Source: Octopus sinensis (taxonomy: Eukaryota). From it: a DNA stretch of 64,000 bases. Position 1 is the stretch's first letter. Each line of letters opens with the position of its first letter. Both the position numbers and the translations under genes were made by a program. The stretch is taken from NCBI RefSeq assembly GCF_006345805.1, contig NC_043000.1, forward strand, positions 100,874,001-100,938,000, in the 5' to 3' direction. Shown here in pieces: positions 28,185 through 40,155 of this stretch. The notes beneath the pieces were generated by a model. It saw only the letters and a list, made by a program, of their open reading frames with translations. It was not told where the DNA came from and made no database searches.

Positions 28185-28345
28185 GAAATGAGAGGTCAGA
28201 GTATGAAAAAAGAACCCAGAAAATGTTTCCTGCTGAAAATGAGTTACATGGTTAGTCATAGGAAGAGCCAGAAAGAGAACTAAAATAGTTGTGATGAGGT
28301 GCCAGAATGAGCCATTAACGTTCAAGAAGTTGTATAAGGCCAGTG
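28185..28345 (-). pseudogene. LRR-like coding remnant
   Basis: Track ORF residues 76-128: ALYNFLNVNGSFWHL...LPMTNHVTHFQQETFSGF fits NxIxxIxxxxFxxL. It is followed by *NRLSF. Confidence 0.4.
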
Positions 28346-28979
28346 GGGAGAAGAACAAGTAGCTTGAAGGGGTTGACAATGCAAGCATGTATGAGGAGAG
28401 TGAAGGATGGTTAGAAATGGGGTAGGGCTGAGAGGTGGATAAAATGAATGAAAAGAAAGGGTTGAATTTTGGGTGTGATACTGATGATATGATTAAATAT
28501 GTTCTGAAGGAAAAATAGGGAAGAGTAAGGGATGAGATATATATTAAAAAGAAACTTTCTTTGATCAAATGTCAGGTTTATGATATCTAAATGAAATCTA
28601 ATTAGTGAAACTGGGAACCATGACACATCATATTGCATTGAGTTATAAGAGTCATTAAAGCATAAAATGGAATGTCTGTGGTATTTATTCTAGGTCTCTG
28701 TACATTGAGGTCAACTCTTATCTAGGCCAACTGTACCTTTTGTTTTTTTGGCAGCATATAGAATAAACCATGAGGGCTGGGTGGCTAATTAATGGTACAT
28801 AAGAACATCGGTTTTTCAGTTCTATACATTCTGAGTTCAAAATGGGATAAGCTTAGGAAATCTTTTAAGCAAGAGGTCGTTTCACAGTGAGAACATAGAA
28901 CACCAGCTGGGTGGACAGAATGATGGAGTGTTCTCAGAACACTCAATGAATTTATATATATATACATATATTGTGCATA

Positions 28980-29031
<52 letters not shown>

Positions 29032-29155
29032 TGAGGGTACTACTATTCGTAGATACCACACGCTAAAGAGGAACCAATGCAGTCAAAACTACTAAAATAA
29101 ACAAAATTTTACCGAATGCAAAACTTCAAAGCAAATCATTTAAAAAAAGAATTTA

Positions 29156-29219
29156 GTTACATATCACCTGTGATTTCGCAATTAATGCAGAATATGCATT
29201 CTATGTTCATCAGTGCAAC
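29156..29219 (-). ncRNA. Near-complete type I hammerhead ribozyme
   Basis: gttgca-CTGATGA-[helix II]-GAA-atcac-ag-gtgat-A-tgtaac. Helix I is 6 bp, helix III 5 bp; the 10.1-11.1 pair is A-C instead of G-C. Confidence 0.6.
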
Positions 29220-29383
29220 AAACTCAAGATATATAAGAAAAAACATAACGTTACAAGCTCGATAGCCAACCGTAGAATTCGTCGTAGCATGTACGAATGT
29301 TTATCTTTACAAATCTATGAAAATGGCGGGCTTATTCACAATGCATTTCGGTATATATATATATAATCAGGTATTTCTCAATG

Positions 29384-29418
<35 letters not shown>

Positions 29419-29537
29419 CATCATCATTAATAATAATAATAATAATAATAGTAATAATAATGCTGCCGCCGCCGCCAATGATGACGAACATCAAAAAATT
29501 CCTTAGGAATGAGAATCCAGGTTCTCAATTTCCCCAA

Positions 29538-29583
29538 GACACCTGATGAAAGGTGGAGGATATATCAGCTGAAATATTGTGTA
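29538..29583 (+). ncRNA. Minimal Penelope-type hammerhead motif, decayed
   Basis: gacac-CTGATGA-a-aggtg...cagct-GAA-ATAT-T-gtgt. Helix I is 4 bp, helix III is the palindrome ATAT, helix II has one G-G mismatch. Confidence 0.5.
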
Positions 29584-29628
29584 AACAACAAACAAGATAA
29601 TGACAATATCCATCAATTGTAAATAATG

Positions 29629-29697
<69 letters not shown>

Positions 29698-29712
29698 TAT
29701 ATATATACATAC

Positions 29713-29761
<49 letters not shown>

Positions 29762-30137
29762 ATATTATATATATATATATGGAATCAGTAAGGTGTAGAC
29801 ATGGGAGTCTTCAAAAAATGTACAAACAGCTTTTTATCAGCAATTCTGGATGAACCCACATTGTAGCAGGAGGCACAAAGAGTGGCAACACCCAACTCGC
29901 TATTTCACCAGAAGTAATCCTGGAAAAATCCCTAGATGCAGTAAAGGTGGTGCACCAGCATGGCCTCAGCCTCTGGCTGAAACCCATAAAAGATAAATGA
30001 TAAAAGATACATATATGCACATATATATGTAGATATGCATAAACACACATACATATAAACTTTTATATCTGTATCTATATCTATGTAACTATCTGTCTAT
30101 CTATACATACATATATGATTATATACATATATGCATT

Positions 30138-30154
<17 letters not shown>

Positions 30155-30170
<16 letters not shown>

Positions 30171-31267
30171 AATATATAAATTATAGAAAAACCACTGTTA
30201 TGCAATTCAAACAATGATAGACATTTATATATTATATATCTATATTGTGAAATTTGATTTAATACTAAATTGAATTTTTCCCTGATAATATTATATATAT
30301 ATATATAAAATGATATGTAATTGTAAGATTGAAGAGTCTAGGTGTAGAAAGTAAACAGTCTGTAGTAGGTATAAAAACAACTTTCAGGACCAATACTTGT
30401 TTATTGGTATAAAACGTGGTATGCTTTTCCCATATCAAAGTTTGGCAAGGTTAAAAATAGTTTTTTAATTGTTTATGAATGTGAAAAAAAAATCCAAATA
30501 TAAGGAATAGAATAGATAAAATCCAGGCCACATCCATTTCCTAGCTATCATATCTTCTGATGTAATAATTACTCAATGAGGGGTACTCAGCTGCTTACTC
30601 ATCAGGCTGAATATACCTTAGTTAAAAGAAGGTTACATTGTCATCAAGTTAACACGCCAGAGATGTAAATTTTAATGAGTGGTAAAGCCAGAAGAATGGA
30701 GTGCAAAAACAAAATAGGAAAACATATCTCTTTTACTCTTTACCCTTTTACTTGTTTCAGTCAGTTGACTGTGACCATGCTGGAGCACAGCCTTTAGTCG
30801 ATCAAATCAACCCCAGGGCATATTCTTTGGAAGCCTAGTACTTATTGGTCTCTTTTGTCTAACCGCTAAGTTACGGGGACATAGAAACACCAGCATCGGT
30901 TGTCAAGTGATGTTGGAGGGACAAACATAGACACACAAACATACACACACACATACATATATACAATGGGCTTATTTCAGTTTCTGTCTTCCAAATCCAC
31001 TCACAAAGCTTTGGTCGGCCCGAGGATATAATAGAAGAGACTTGCCCAAGGTGCCACGCAGTGGGAATGAACCCCGAACCATAGAGCTGGTAAGCAAACT
31101 ACTTACCACACAGCCACTCCTGCACCTATGTATGAGAAAATAAAAAAAACAATTTACCTTTGGTCTGATGAGTAATTAGTGGTATATTGAATAATTATCA
31201 ATTCCAAGGTCCTCCTATCTAGAGAACATATGTAGCATGGATTTTACTATCTCCACCCCCTCAATTT

Positions 31268-31298
<31 letters not shown>

Positions 31299-31504
31299 AC
31301 ACACACATAAATAGATAGATAGAGCGAGGGATTATTGAAACTGAAATTTTACCTTATATCTCAAATTGCATACGATAGCAATCTTTGAATAAGTCTCAAC
31401 TGAAGATCACAATAGCATGAAATTTAATGCAACAACTCCAAATAAATATATTGAGTACAACTTTCTTTCCTTTATATACCTACAAGTGTTTTGGAGTACG
31501 AGCA

Positions 31505-31560
<56 letters not shown>

Positions 31561-32788
31561 TATATATACATACAGTTATTGATGATTTTATTGATATATA
31601 CTATATATTTATATACATAATATATATGGCTACATGTACATACATACATTCATGTATATATATATTTATACATATGTATGTATATACATATATATAATAT
31701 ATAAATTATAGAAAAACCACTGTTATGCAATTCAAACAATGATAGACATTATATATTATATATCTATATTGTGAATTTGATTTAATACTAAATTGAATTT
31801 TTCCCTGATAATATTATATATATATATAAAATGATATGTAATTGTAAGATTGAAGAGTCTAGGTGTAGAAAGTAAACAGTCTGTAGTAGGTATAAAAACA
31901 ACTTTCAGGACCAATACTTGTTTATTGGTATAAAACGTGGTATGCTTTTCCCATATCAAAGTTTGGCAAGGTTAAAAATAGTTTTTTAATTGTTTATGAA
32001 TGTGAAAAAAAAATCCAAATATAAGGAATAGAATAGATAAAATCCAGGCCACATCCATTTCCTAGCTATCATATCTTCTGATGTAATAATTACTCAATGA
32101 GGGGTACTCAGCTGCTTACTCATCAGGCTGAATATACCTTAGTTAAAAGAAGGTTACATTGTCATCAAGTTAACACGCCAGAGATGTAAATTTTAATGAG
32201 TGGTAAAGCCAGAAGAATGGAGTGCAAAAACAAAATAGGAAAACATATCTCTTTTACTCTTTACCCTTTTACTTGTTTCAGTCAGTTGACTGTGACCATG
32301 CTGGAGCACAGCCTTTAGTCGATCAAATCAACCCCAGGGCATATTCTTTGGAAGCCTAGTACTTATTGGTCTCTTTTGTCTAACCGCTAAGTTACGGGGA
32401 CATAGAAACACCAGCATCGGTTGTCAAGTGATGTTGGAGGGACAAACATAGACACACAAACATACACACACACATACATATATACAATGGGCTTATTTCA
32501 GTTTCTGTCTTCCAAATCCACTCACAAAGCTTTGGTCGGCCCGAGGATATAATAGAAGAGACTTGCCCAAGGTGCCACGCAGTGGGAATGAACCCCGAAC
32601 CATAGAGCTGGTAAGCAAACTACTTACCACACAGCCACTCCTGCACCTATGTATGAGAAAATAAAAAAAACAATTTACCTTTGGTCTGATGAGTAATTAG
32701 TGGTATATTGAATAATTATCAATTCCAAGGTCCTCCTATCTAGAGAACATATGTAGCATGGATTTTACTATCTCCACCCCCTCAATTT

Positions 32789-32831
<43 letters not shown>

Positions 32832-33048
32832 AATAGATAGATAGAGCGAGGGATTATTGAAACTGAAATTTTACCTTATATCTCAAATTGCATACGATAG
32901 CAATCTTTGAATAAGTTCTCAACTGAAGATCACAATAGCATGAAATTTAATGCAACAACTCCAAATAAATATATTGAGTACAACTTTCTTTCCTTTATAT
33001 ACCTACAAGTGTTTTGGAGTACGAGCATGTGTGTGTATATATATATAT

Positions 33049-33080
<32 letters not shown>

Positions 33081-33200
33081 TATATATACATACAGTTATT
33101 GATGATTTTATTGATATATACTATATATTTATATACATAATATATATGGCTACATGTACATACATACATTCATGTATATATATATTTATACATATGTATG
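30155..33200. repeat. Near-identical tandem duplication, unit ~1.52 kb, each copy containing a minus-strand family A SINE
   Basis: aattatagaaaaaccactg occurs at offset 1525. The junction lies in (TA)n. Visible differences are 1-bp indels and microsatellite length. Confidence 0.95.
30240..30537 (-). pseudogene. Possible signal-peptide + LRR remnant (duplicated at ~31760-32058)
   Basis: One frame gives MDVAWILSILFLIFGFFFSHS*...*TSIGPESCF...*TLQSYNYISF. Confidence 0.3.
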
Positions 33201-33205
33201 TATAT

Positions 33206-33250
<45 letters not shown>

Positions 33251-34464
33251 GCATTCATACCCACAAACATACGTTAATGCCTATAATAGTACATGAAAAC
33301 ACTCCTTCCAGAATAAATAATCACATTTATATACATATGTGGACATACTTGTATATTTAAAAGCCAACATACATAATATGATTATAATTAAAATCTCTTG
33401 TGTATTGGCATTAAAATCTCTAGTGGTTTCATCTTTGGAGAAATTCAATTTATCTTCACATAAAACTAACATGTTTACCATGTTTTGTGAAGAATTATGC
33501 TTTGTTAAGTGATTCTCTATCTCAAAGAATTTATTTTCGAAAATTCTTCTCATTTTCCACAATGTGTCTATATCCAGACTTCCAAAGTAACATGTATGTG
33601 TGAGTATGGATATGCATATGTGTGCGTGAGCATGTGTGAGTGTGTGAGTACATTTATATAAATATTAAGTGTGTGTATATATATGCTTATATGTGTGTGT
33701 GTGTGTATATATATATAATATATATACATATACATATATATATATATGTGTGTGTGTGTGTATATATATATGTATGTATGTATATATATATATGTGTGAA
33801 TATATATATATATATGTATTAAATATATATATATACAGACACACACACATACACATATGTATATATATATATACATAAATATAAGCATGAATGTTTGTGT
33901 TTATGTATGTGAGTGCATTATATGCATGTGTGTGCATATATATTTATATATATATACACACACATACACATATATAGACACGTGTATATATACCCACATA
34001 CACACACACTTATAGCCACTCTAAAACTCAGTACCATAATGACGTCAATTTCAGATGATGTTGTTTCACTTATTTAAATTTTGAACATATGTACATAAAC
34101 ATTTATACACACATACATACATACATATATACATATATATATATATGCACACAAAAGCACACACAGACACACACAGACACACCCACACATACATATACAT
34201 ATAAGTGGTATGAGTGTATAAAATTAAATATGTATACATATTATATATGTGTATATATATATATATATATATGTGCGTATATATTTTATGTATCCGCATA
34301 CATATATCTAAATATGTATATAAATGTGTACTTTTGTGTATGTGTGTGCAAAGATATACATACAACACATACACACCACACACATACACACGTGTGCATG
34401 CAAATATCTCATAGCTAATGTAATTTAATTCGCTTCCAAACTTGAAAGTTTTAAACTTCACAAA

Positions 34465-34960
34465 TGTAAATGTTACACTGAACAGACAAGTGACTAGGAT
34501 TTCTCACCAACTGGCACATAAGAAAACCATCCGAACGTGACTGTAGCCAGTACTGCATCGACTGGCCTCCGTGCTGAGGGCACGTAACAAACACCATCCG
34601 AGCGTGGCCGTTCGCCAGCCTCGTCTGGCACCTGTGTCGGTGGCACATAAGAAAACACCATCCGAGCGTAGCCGTCTGCCAGCCTCGTCTGGCACCTGTG
34701 TCGGTGGCACATACAAACCACCATCCGAGCGTGGCCGTCTGCCAGCCTCGTCTGGCACCTGTGTCGGTGGCACATAAAATCACCCACTACACTCTCGGAG
34801 TGGTTGGCGTTAGGAAGGGCATCCAGCTGTAGAAACACTGCCAGATCTGACTGGCCTGGTGCAGCCTTTGGGCTTGCCAGACCCCAGTTGAACCGTCCAA
34901 CCCATGCTAGCATGGAAAGCGGACGTTAAACGATGATGATGATGATGATGATGATGATGG
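34465..34960 (+). mobile_element. Young family D element with three ~63-bp internal tandem units
   Basis: CpG-rich caccatccgagcgtggccgt..gccagcctcgtctggcacctgtgtcggtggcacat x3 (34592-34780), plus a (GAT)n tail. Confidence 0.85.
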
Positions 34961-35254
34961 CCATGCATCTACAAGGAAGATGCAACAGCAACATATTCAT
35001 TATGTTACTGTAAACATATATGAATATATCTTAGTCAATAAAACAACCAACTATTTCTAGAAATCACAGGTCTATGCTGGCATAGCTATATGGTCAGAAG
35101 TTCACTTCGTAAACCAAGTGGCACTAGATTGAGTTCCCTCATGCTAAGTCTTCTACTAATTATAACGGCAGGCCAGCTAGTGTCTTGTGGGTGAATTTGG
35201 TAAACAGAAATTATGTGGAAATCAATTACATCATCATCATCATCATCATTTTGT

Positions 35255-35745
35255 GGGTGTGGCCGTGTAGTAAGAAGCTTGCTACATAACCACATGGTTC
35301 AGGGTTCAGACTCATTGCATGGCACCTTGAACAAGTGTCTTCTACTATAGCCTCAGGCTGACCAAAGCCTGGTGAGTGGATTTGGTAGATGGAAACTGAA
35401 TGAAGCTTGTTGTATATATTTGTGTATGTGTGTAAAACTATGAATATTTGTCCCCCACCACCACTTGACAACCAGTGTTGGTGTGTCTACGTCCCTGTAA
35501 CTGTACAGCAAACTGTAACTGTTCGTCCCCCACTACCACCACCACCACCACCACCAACTCCACTGCTTAACTACTAGTGCTTGAGTGTTTATGTCCCCAT
35601 GACTTAGCAGTTTGGCAAAAGAGACCAATAAAGTAAGTAGTGGGCTTAAAAGAAAACTAAGTACTGGGGTTGATTCATTTGATTAAAAATTCTTCAAGCT
35701 GGTGCCCTAGTACGGCCACAGTCTAATGATTGAAACAAGTAAAAT
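35255..35745 (+). mobile_element. SINE family A
   Basis: Head, core and tail recognisable. Confidence 0.75.
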
Positions 35746-36176
35746 GAATTTTTATTTGCTTGCATAGCAACCCCAGTTGCTAGCCGTGAGCTATAGAATC
35801 ACTTTTTCCAGCTTATTGAACTGTGATATGGGAAAAATTTACAGCCTTCTATTCCAATAAACCATTGGAGAGGGGAGGCTGGTATACATGGGTGACTGCT
35901 GGTCTTCCGTAAAAACAACCCTAGGTTGTGTGTTTGCTGGTGAGGTGACTTTCCACTCAGACTTGTACCATGGAGATGAACTTCTTAGGTGTACCCATGG
36001 TCATTCGTGACCGACAGAGTTGGGTTATATATATATTTATATATATATTATAGTTGATTTTGTTTTCATAAATTTATTTCGTTTAATTGATTAACTGAAT
36101 TATAAATTAATCACATTACGTCATAAATCTAATAAATTAATAAATAATTAATTATTCATTTATTCATTTCTTGCAG

Positions 36177-36418
36177 AGGGAAAAATGTTGGTAAATTTCA
36201 ATCTTACTGGAGAAATAAAGGTGAATAATATTAAACTGATGAATCCTGCCTTGAGATCTGGAGGTTCTTGGAAACCTGCACATTGCATATCACGGCACCG
36301 TGTAGCCATTATAATTCCTTATCGAGACAGGCATCAACATCTTTTGACATTACTTTATCACCTGCTGCCAATGCTTCGAAGACAACAACTGGATTTTCGG
36401 ATTTTTGTCGTCGAACAA
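36177..36418 (+). CDS. Internal coding exon of a GT7-family glycosyltransferase (beta-1,4-galactosyltransferase / beta-1,4-GalNAc-transferase, bre-4-like)
   Basis: Acceptor ttcatttcttgcag|AG (phase 1) and donor GAACAA|gtaagt (phase 0) bound a stop-free 242-nt exon. Translation GKMLVNF...GGSWKPAHCISRHRVAIIIPYRDRHQHLLTLLYHLLPMLRRQQLDFRIFVVEQ has the GT7 N-terminal motifs (GGxWxPxxC, VAIIIPYRxR, HLxPxLxRQQL, IxVVEQ). The intron positions match B4GALT exon 2 as I recall it. Exact ortholog cannot be assigned. Confidence 0.9.
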
Positions 36419-36602
36419 GTAAGTGATTATGTTTCATTTTTGCAGTATTTTCCTTCATTCTTTATTACCATGTTTTTTTTTTTTTGGCAAACAAGTTGGA
36501 ATACTTATTATGTGGTGTAAACATTCAAACATCATCATTATCTTACCAAATCTTGATGCATTTCACATGGAATTTTTGCTCCTCCAAAGTGATCTTGGTT
36601 GT

Positions 36603-36812
36603 TTAACCCTCTAGCATTCAGATTACTTTGTCAAAATTAATGCTTATTTATTCACATTGTTTTGAATTAATCATGTATTATCTCATAGCTTCAAGATTTC
36701 AATGATGTGATTGTTTTTATTCAGAATGACATTTTAAGGTAGATGTGCAAAAGCTGAATCTGGCCAGTTTGAAAGTAAAACAGGTAGAAAACAGGGTCAG
36801 ATGTGGCTAAGA
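36603..36812. mobile_element. Dispersed repeat, also at ~1845-2060 and ~935-1060 (inverted)
   Basis: Shared ttagcattca...gtcaaa..taatgctt...ttcacattgttttgaattaat...ggccagttt. Class not determined. Confidence 0.6.
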
Positions 36813-37199
36813 TTTCAATGTTGCGACTGTTTACTTTCAGCATAACAATTTTTGACTGTAAGTTTTGGTCAAAATATTCAACTTGCATGCCAGAAAATAT
36901 GCCATGTTAACTTGTTATTTTTTTATATTGAATTGGTTATTTTTACAGCTGTTTCGTTGATGTCTTTGTTAATAACAATAATGATGATCCTGTAATTGCT
37001 CTTATTGTTAATGTATCATAGCTGTTAAGACAATGAATTGGCAAAAAGGTGAGAGCATAGGATAGAAATGACCTTGGAAGTCTTAGTTCCAACCCTCTAT
37101 CTCTGTTTGAATTCAAATCCTACAGAGACTAACTTTTCTTTTCATTCTTTCAGGATCTGATAAATATAATATTAGTCCCAGGTAGGAGTATTGGGGCCA

Positions 37200-37470
37200 T
37201 CCCACCACCTACCTTTAACAAGGCAGGGCAAGCAGAGCTCCTCTGTCTAAAGGGCTATGGTGAAAGTGGTTGTGTGGTAGACGAGTCTGAAAGGATTAAA
37301 GGAAGACGCCTTCCTCTTCAGCCAAGCCCTCACCGACCATTTTAAAGTTCCACTTGGGAAGGAATGTGAAGGTGGAGGAGTGCTATCTCCCAGTGAATTT
37401 GTGAAAAGATGGGTAGCTACGGCAAAAATAGTTAGAGTGAATGGTCCCACTCTAAGCATGTGCTTGTATA
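37200..37470 (+). mobile_element. Tx1/L1-like LINE ORF2 C-terminal fragment
   Basis: ...LKGLKEDAFLFSQALTDHFK...SEFVKRWVATAKIVRV parallels the fragment at 61972-62100. Confidence 0.55.
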
Positions 37471-38398
37471 TTGGAGAGAAACATCATGTCTTTGATAATC
37501 AGGGTAATCCTAGATCTGGCCATGTTCTAACAGCACAGCCAATTCACTGCCATATATTTGTTGTTTGATGCCACAGTATTTTCTTTTTGGTGGGTGGGGG
37601 GTCACAAATTGAATTGATTTTCAATTATTGGACAAAATCAAACATTTCACCCACAAGATTCATTTATAAGGATGTTTAATGAAAGAAAAAAGAAGTACAA
37701 AAATAAATGTCATTTGACCACTCCTGTGTGAGACGTGTGGCCATTGTAAGAATTTAAAGCTGCTATTGGGAGCAGAGCTTTTGATTTAGGGTAGGGATCA
37801 GTGGAGTTTGTCATGAACAGGGCCATTGTGTTGCAAAAGTAGGGAATGAAAACTGTTCGCGAAAGTGGAGACTGTAATGAAGTGTTGAAAGAATCACAGG
37901 AAGTATAAGATTATGAATTTCAAGTGATTGTAAGGAGTATAGGTTACTGAGTTGAGAAAGCTGTAAAGAGTATACAGTTGTAGAGTTGAGACTCATGTAA
38001 AGAACATATCATCATAGTGTCTAGGTAGTTGCAAGAAGTGTATGGTTGAAGATTTGAGTCAGGTTATGGACTATGCATAGGAGTGTGAGTTTATAGAGAT
38101 GTGTTTGTAGAGTTAAGATACTCCAATAAGGTACCAGTGCTGTGCTGTTCAGCCTTGTGTAAATTTATGTAAGTCTTGTGTTATTTATTGCACATAATCA
38201 TCTATATGTAATTTGTTAGAATCACATTGGTTACGAAACAACTGTAACCAATATTAAACTTATGCTATATTGATATCTTCATCTTCTTGTTTTATATATG
38301 TGTGTGCATGTGCGTGCGAGTGTGCATGCATATGTTATTGTTCATGTGTATATGTGCATGTGTGTGTAAGTGTATGTGTCTATGTGTTTGTGTGTGAT

Positions 38399-38441
<43 letters not shown>

Positions 38442-38758
38442 CAAGACAAAGCATAAATAATGGTTGTTGCATATATCTTTATTGAAGTAAATTTGACTTA
38501 CAACTGTTTCCAGTAGTCACAAAGAGTTCAGTATTGATTGGTTTACTAAATCGGCCTATTGATCAGTTGAGAAGAATTGATATGTATGTATGTATACATA
38601 CATACATACATAGATACATACATACATACATACATACACTGAACTATTGAAGAATATGTATGTATGTATACATACATACATACATACATACATACATACA
38701 TACATACATACATACATACATACATACATACATACATACATACATACATACATACATA

Positions 38759-38975
38759 CACTGAACTATTGAAGAATCTACAGCTACTCTATCCAGATTA
38801 CAAGTTCAAATTTATACCTGTAATTATTTGGATACTGGCATATGTAACACACTGCCTACATACCAACTTGAGAAATTAAGCTTCTCAAAACCAGAAAGGA
38901 GTAAGCTGATTCAAAGTCTACTGATCCAAGCCATCACCAGAACTGTAAAAATTTTTCAGTAGTTTATCAATTTAA
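38759..38975 (+). mobile_element. R4/Dong-like (RLE) LINE 3' fragment
   Basis: TELLKNLQLLYPDYKFKFIPVIIWILAY resembles the RLE C-terminal motif KYxxL...IPIVIGALG. Confidence 0.55.
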
Positions 38976-39380
38976 GTATATATGAACATGTTTGGACATA
39001 CAACTATATGCATGAAAATACATAAAAAATCATACAAATCTGCACATATACATACATGTATACCAAAGTAACCTGTTGATCTTGAAATTCCAATGAGGGT
39101 TAGATCTAGGTTAGAAACTGTCTCTTTCTCTATTACCAAGAAATCTTGAAATAAAATTGAATAATGACATACATGCATATTTAATGGTGTATAAGATACA
39201 TTTTTTTTTCCAAATATATTCCTCAAAGAAAATTCATCCAAGTTCTTATATGCTGTGTTGAGCCTATTGTATATGCTTTCATTAACTAAAATCAAATTAT
39301 GCTGAATATGTTCTGCTGAAATTCAGATACATCTAATATGCCTGATATGCTCATGCATCTTTTATGCAATCAAATATGAT

Positions 39381-39416
<36 letters not shown>

Positions 39417-39879
39417 AATAGATTGAGATTATTTAATCATGATAATGAGCAGGTTTACAGTTATGATGGTCACATGACAAAGAGAATTCACAAATTGAGA
39501 AGAAATTTTTGAATCTACATATCAGGATACGCCGAAGGAATTTGATTTGTCAGCATCATGGATACGAGATTATGGCATCTGAGTTGCCATCACAAGCATC
39601 ATAATTCTGGGAACAAAATTGTTATGAAAGTACAATGATATTGAGGGAAAAATTCTACTGTTTAATATTTCATATATTCATGCATTTGAAAATAAGGGGC
39701 AGAGGGAATTAAGAGATAAATAAGTATTGATGCACTGATATCTACACCTTAATGTATCTGTGTGGGGTAAAATGGAATACAAAGGACTACCAAAAGTTTA
39801 GGTACAAATCATTTTAAAATAAAATACTTGTATGTGTGTGTGTGTGTGTGTCTGTCTGTATATATATATATGTTAATTA

Positions 39880-40155
39880 ATGACCCCCTTCGGTCAGACA
39901 CTGACCATGGGTTTGCACCTAGAGAGTTACCCTCTGAGGCACAAGTCTGGGCAAGGTTGTTTTATGGAAGACCAGCAGTCGCCCATGCATACCGGCCTCC
40001 CCTCTCCACGTCACCGATGTTGTCCAAGGGAAAGGCAAGGGCCGATACAGCTTGGCACCTGTGACGTCGCAACTCATTTCTACAGCTGAGTGAACTGGAG
40101 CAACGTGAAATAAAGTGTCTTGCTCAAGAACACAACACGCAGCCCGGTCCGGGAT
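39880..40155 (-). mobile_element. SINE family E, young and 5'-truncated
   Basis: CpG-rich copy colinear with 26735-27090. Confidence 0.8.

Noticed and set aside
37800-38160. Possible I/Jockey-type LINE remnant on the minus strand
   Set aside because: Similarity is too faint to support a call.
38581-38776. Short duplication of (TATG)n(TACA)n-ctgaactattgaagaa
   Set aside because: Ordinary slippage at a microsatellite/LINE junction.
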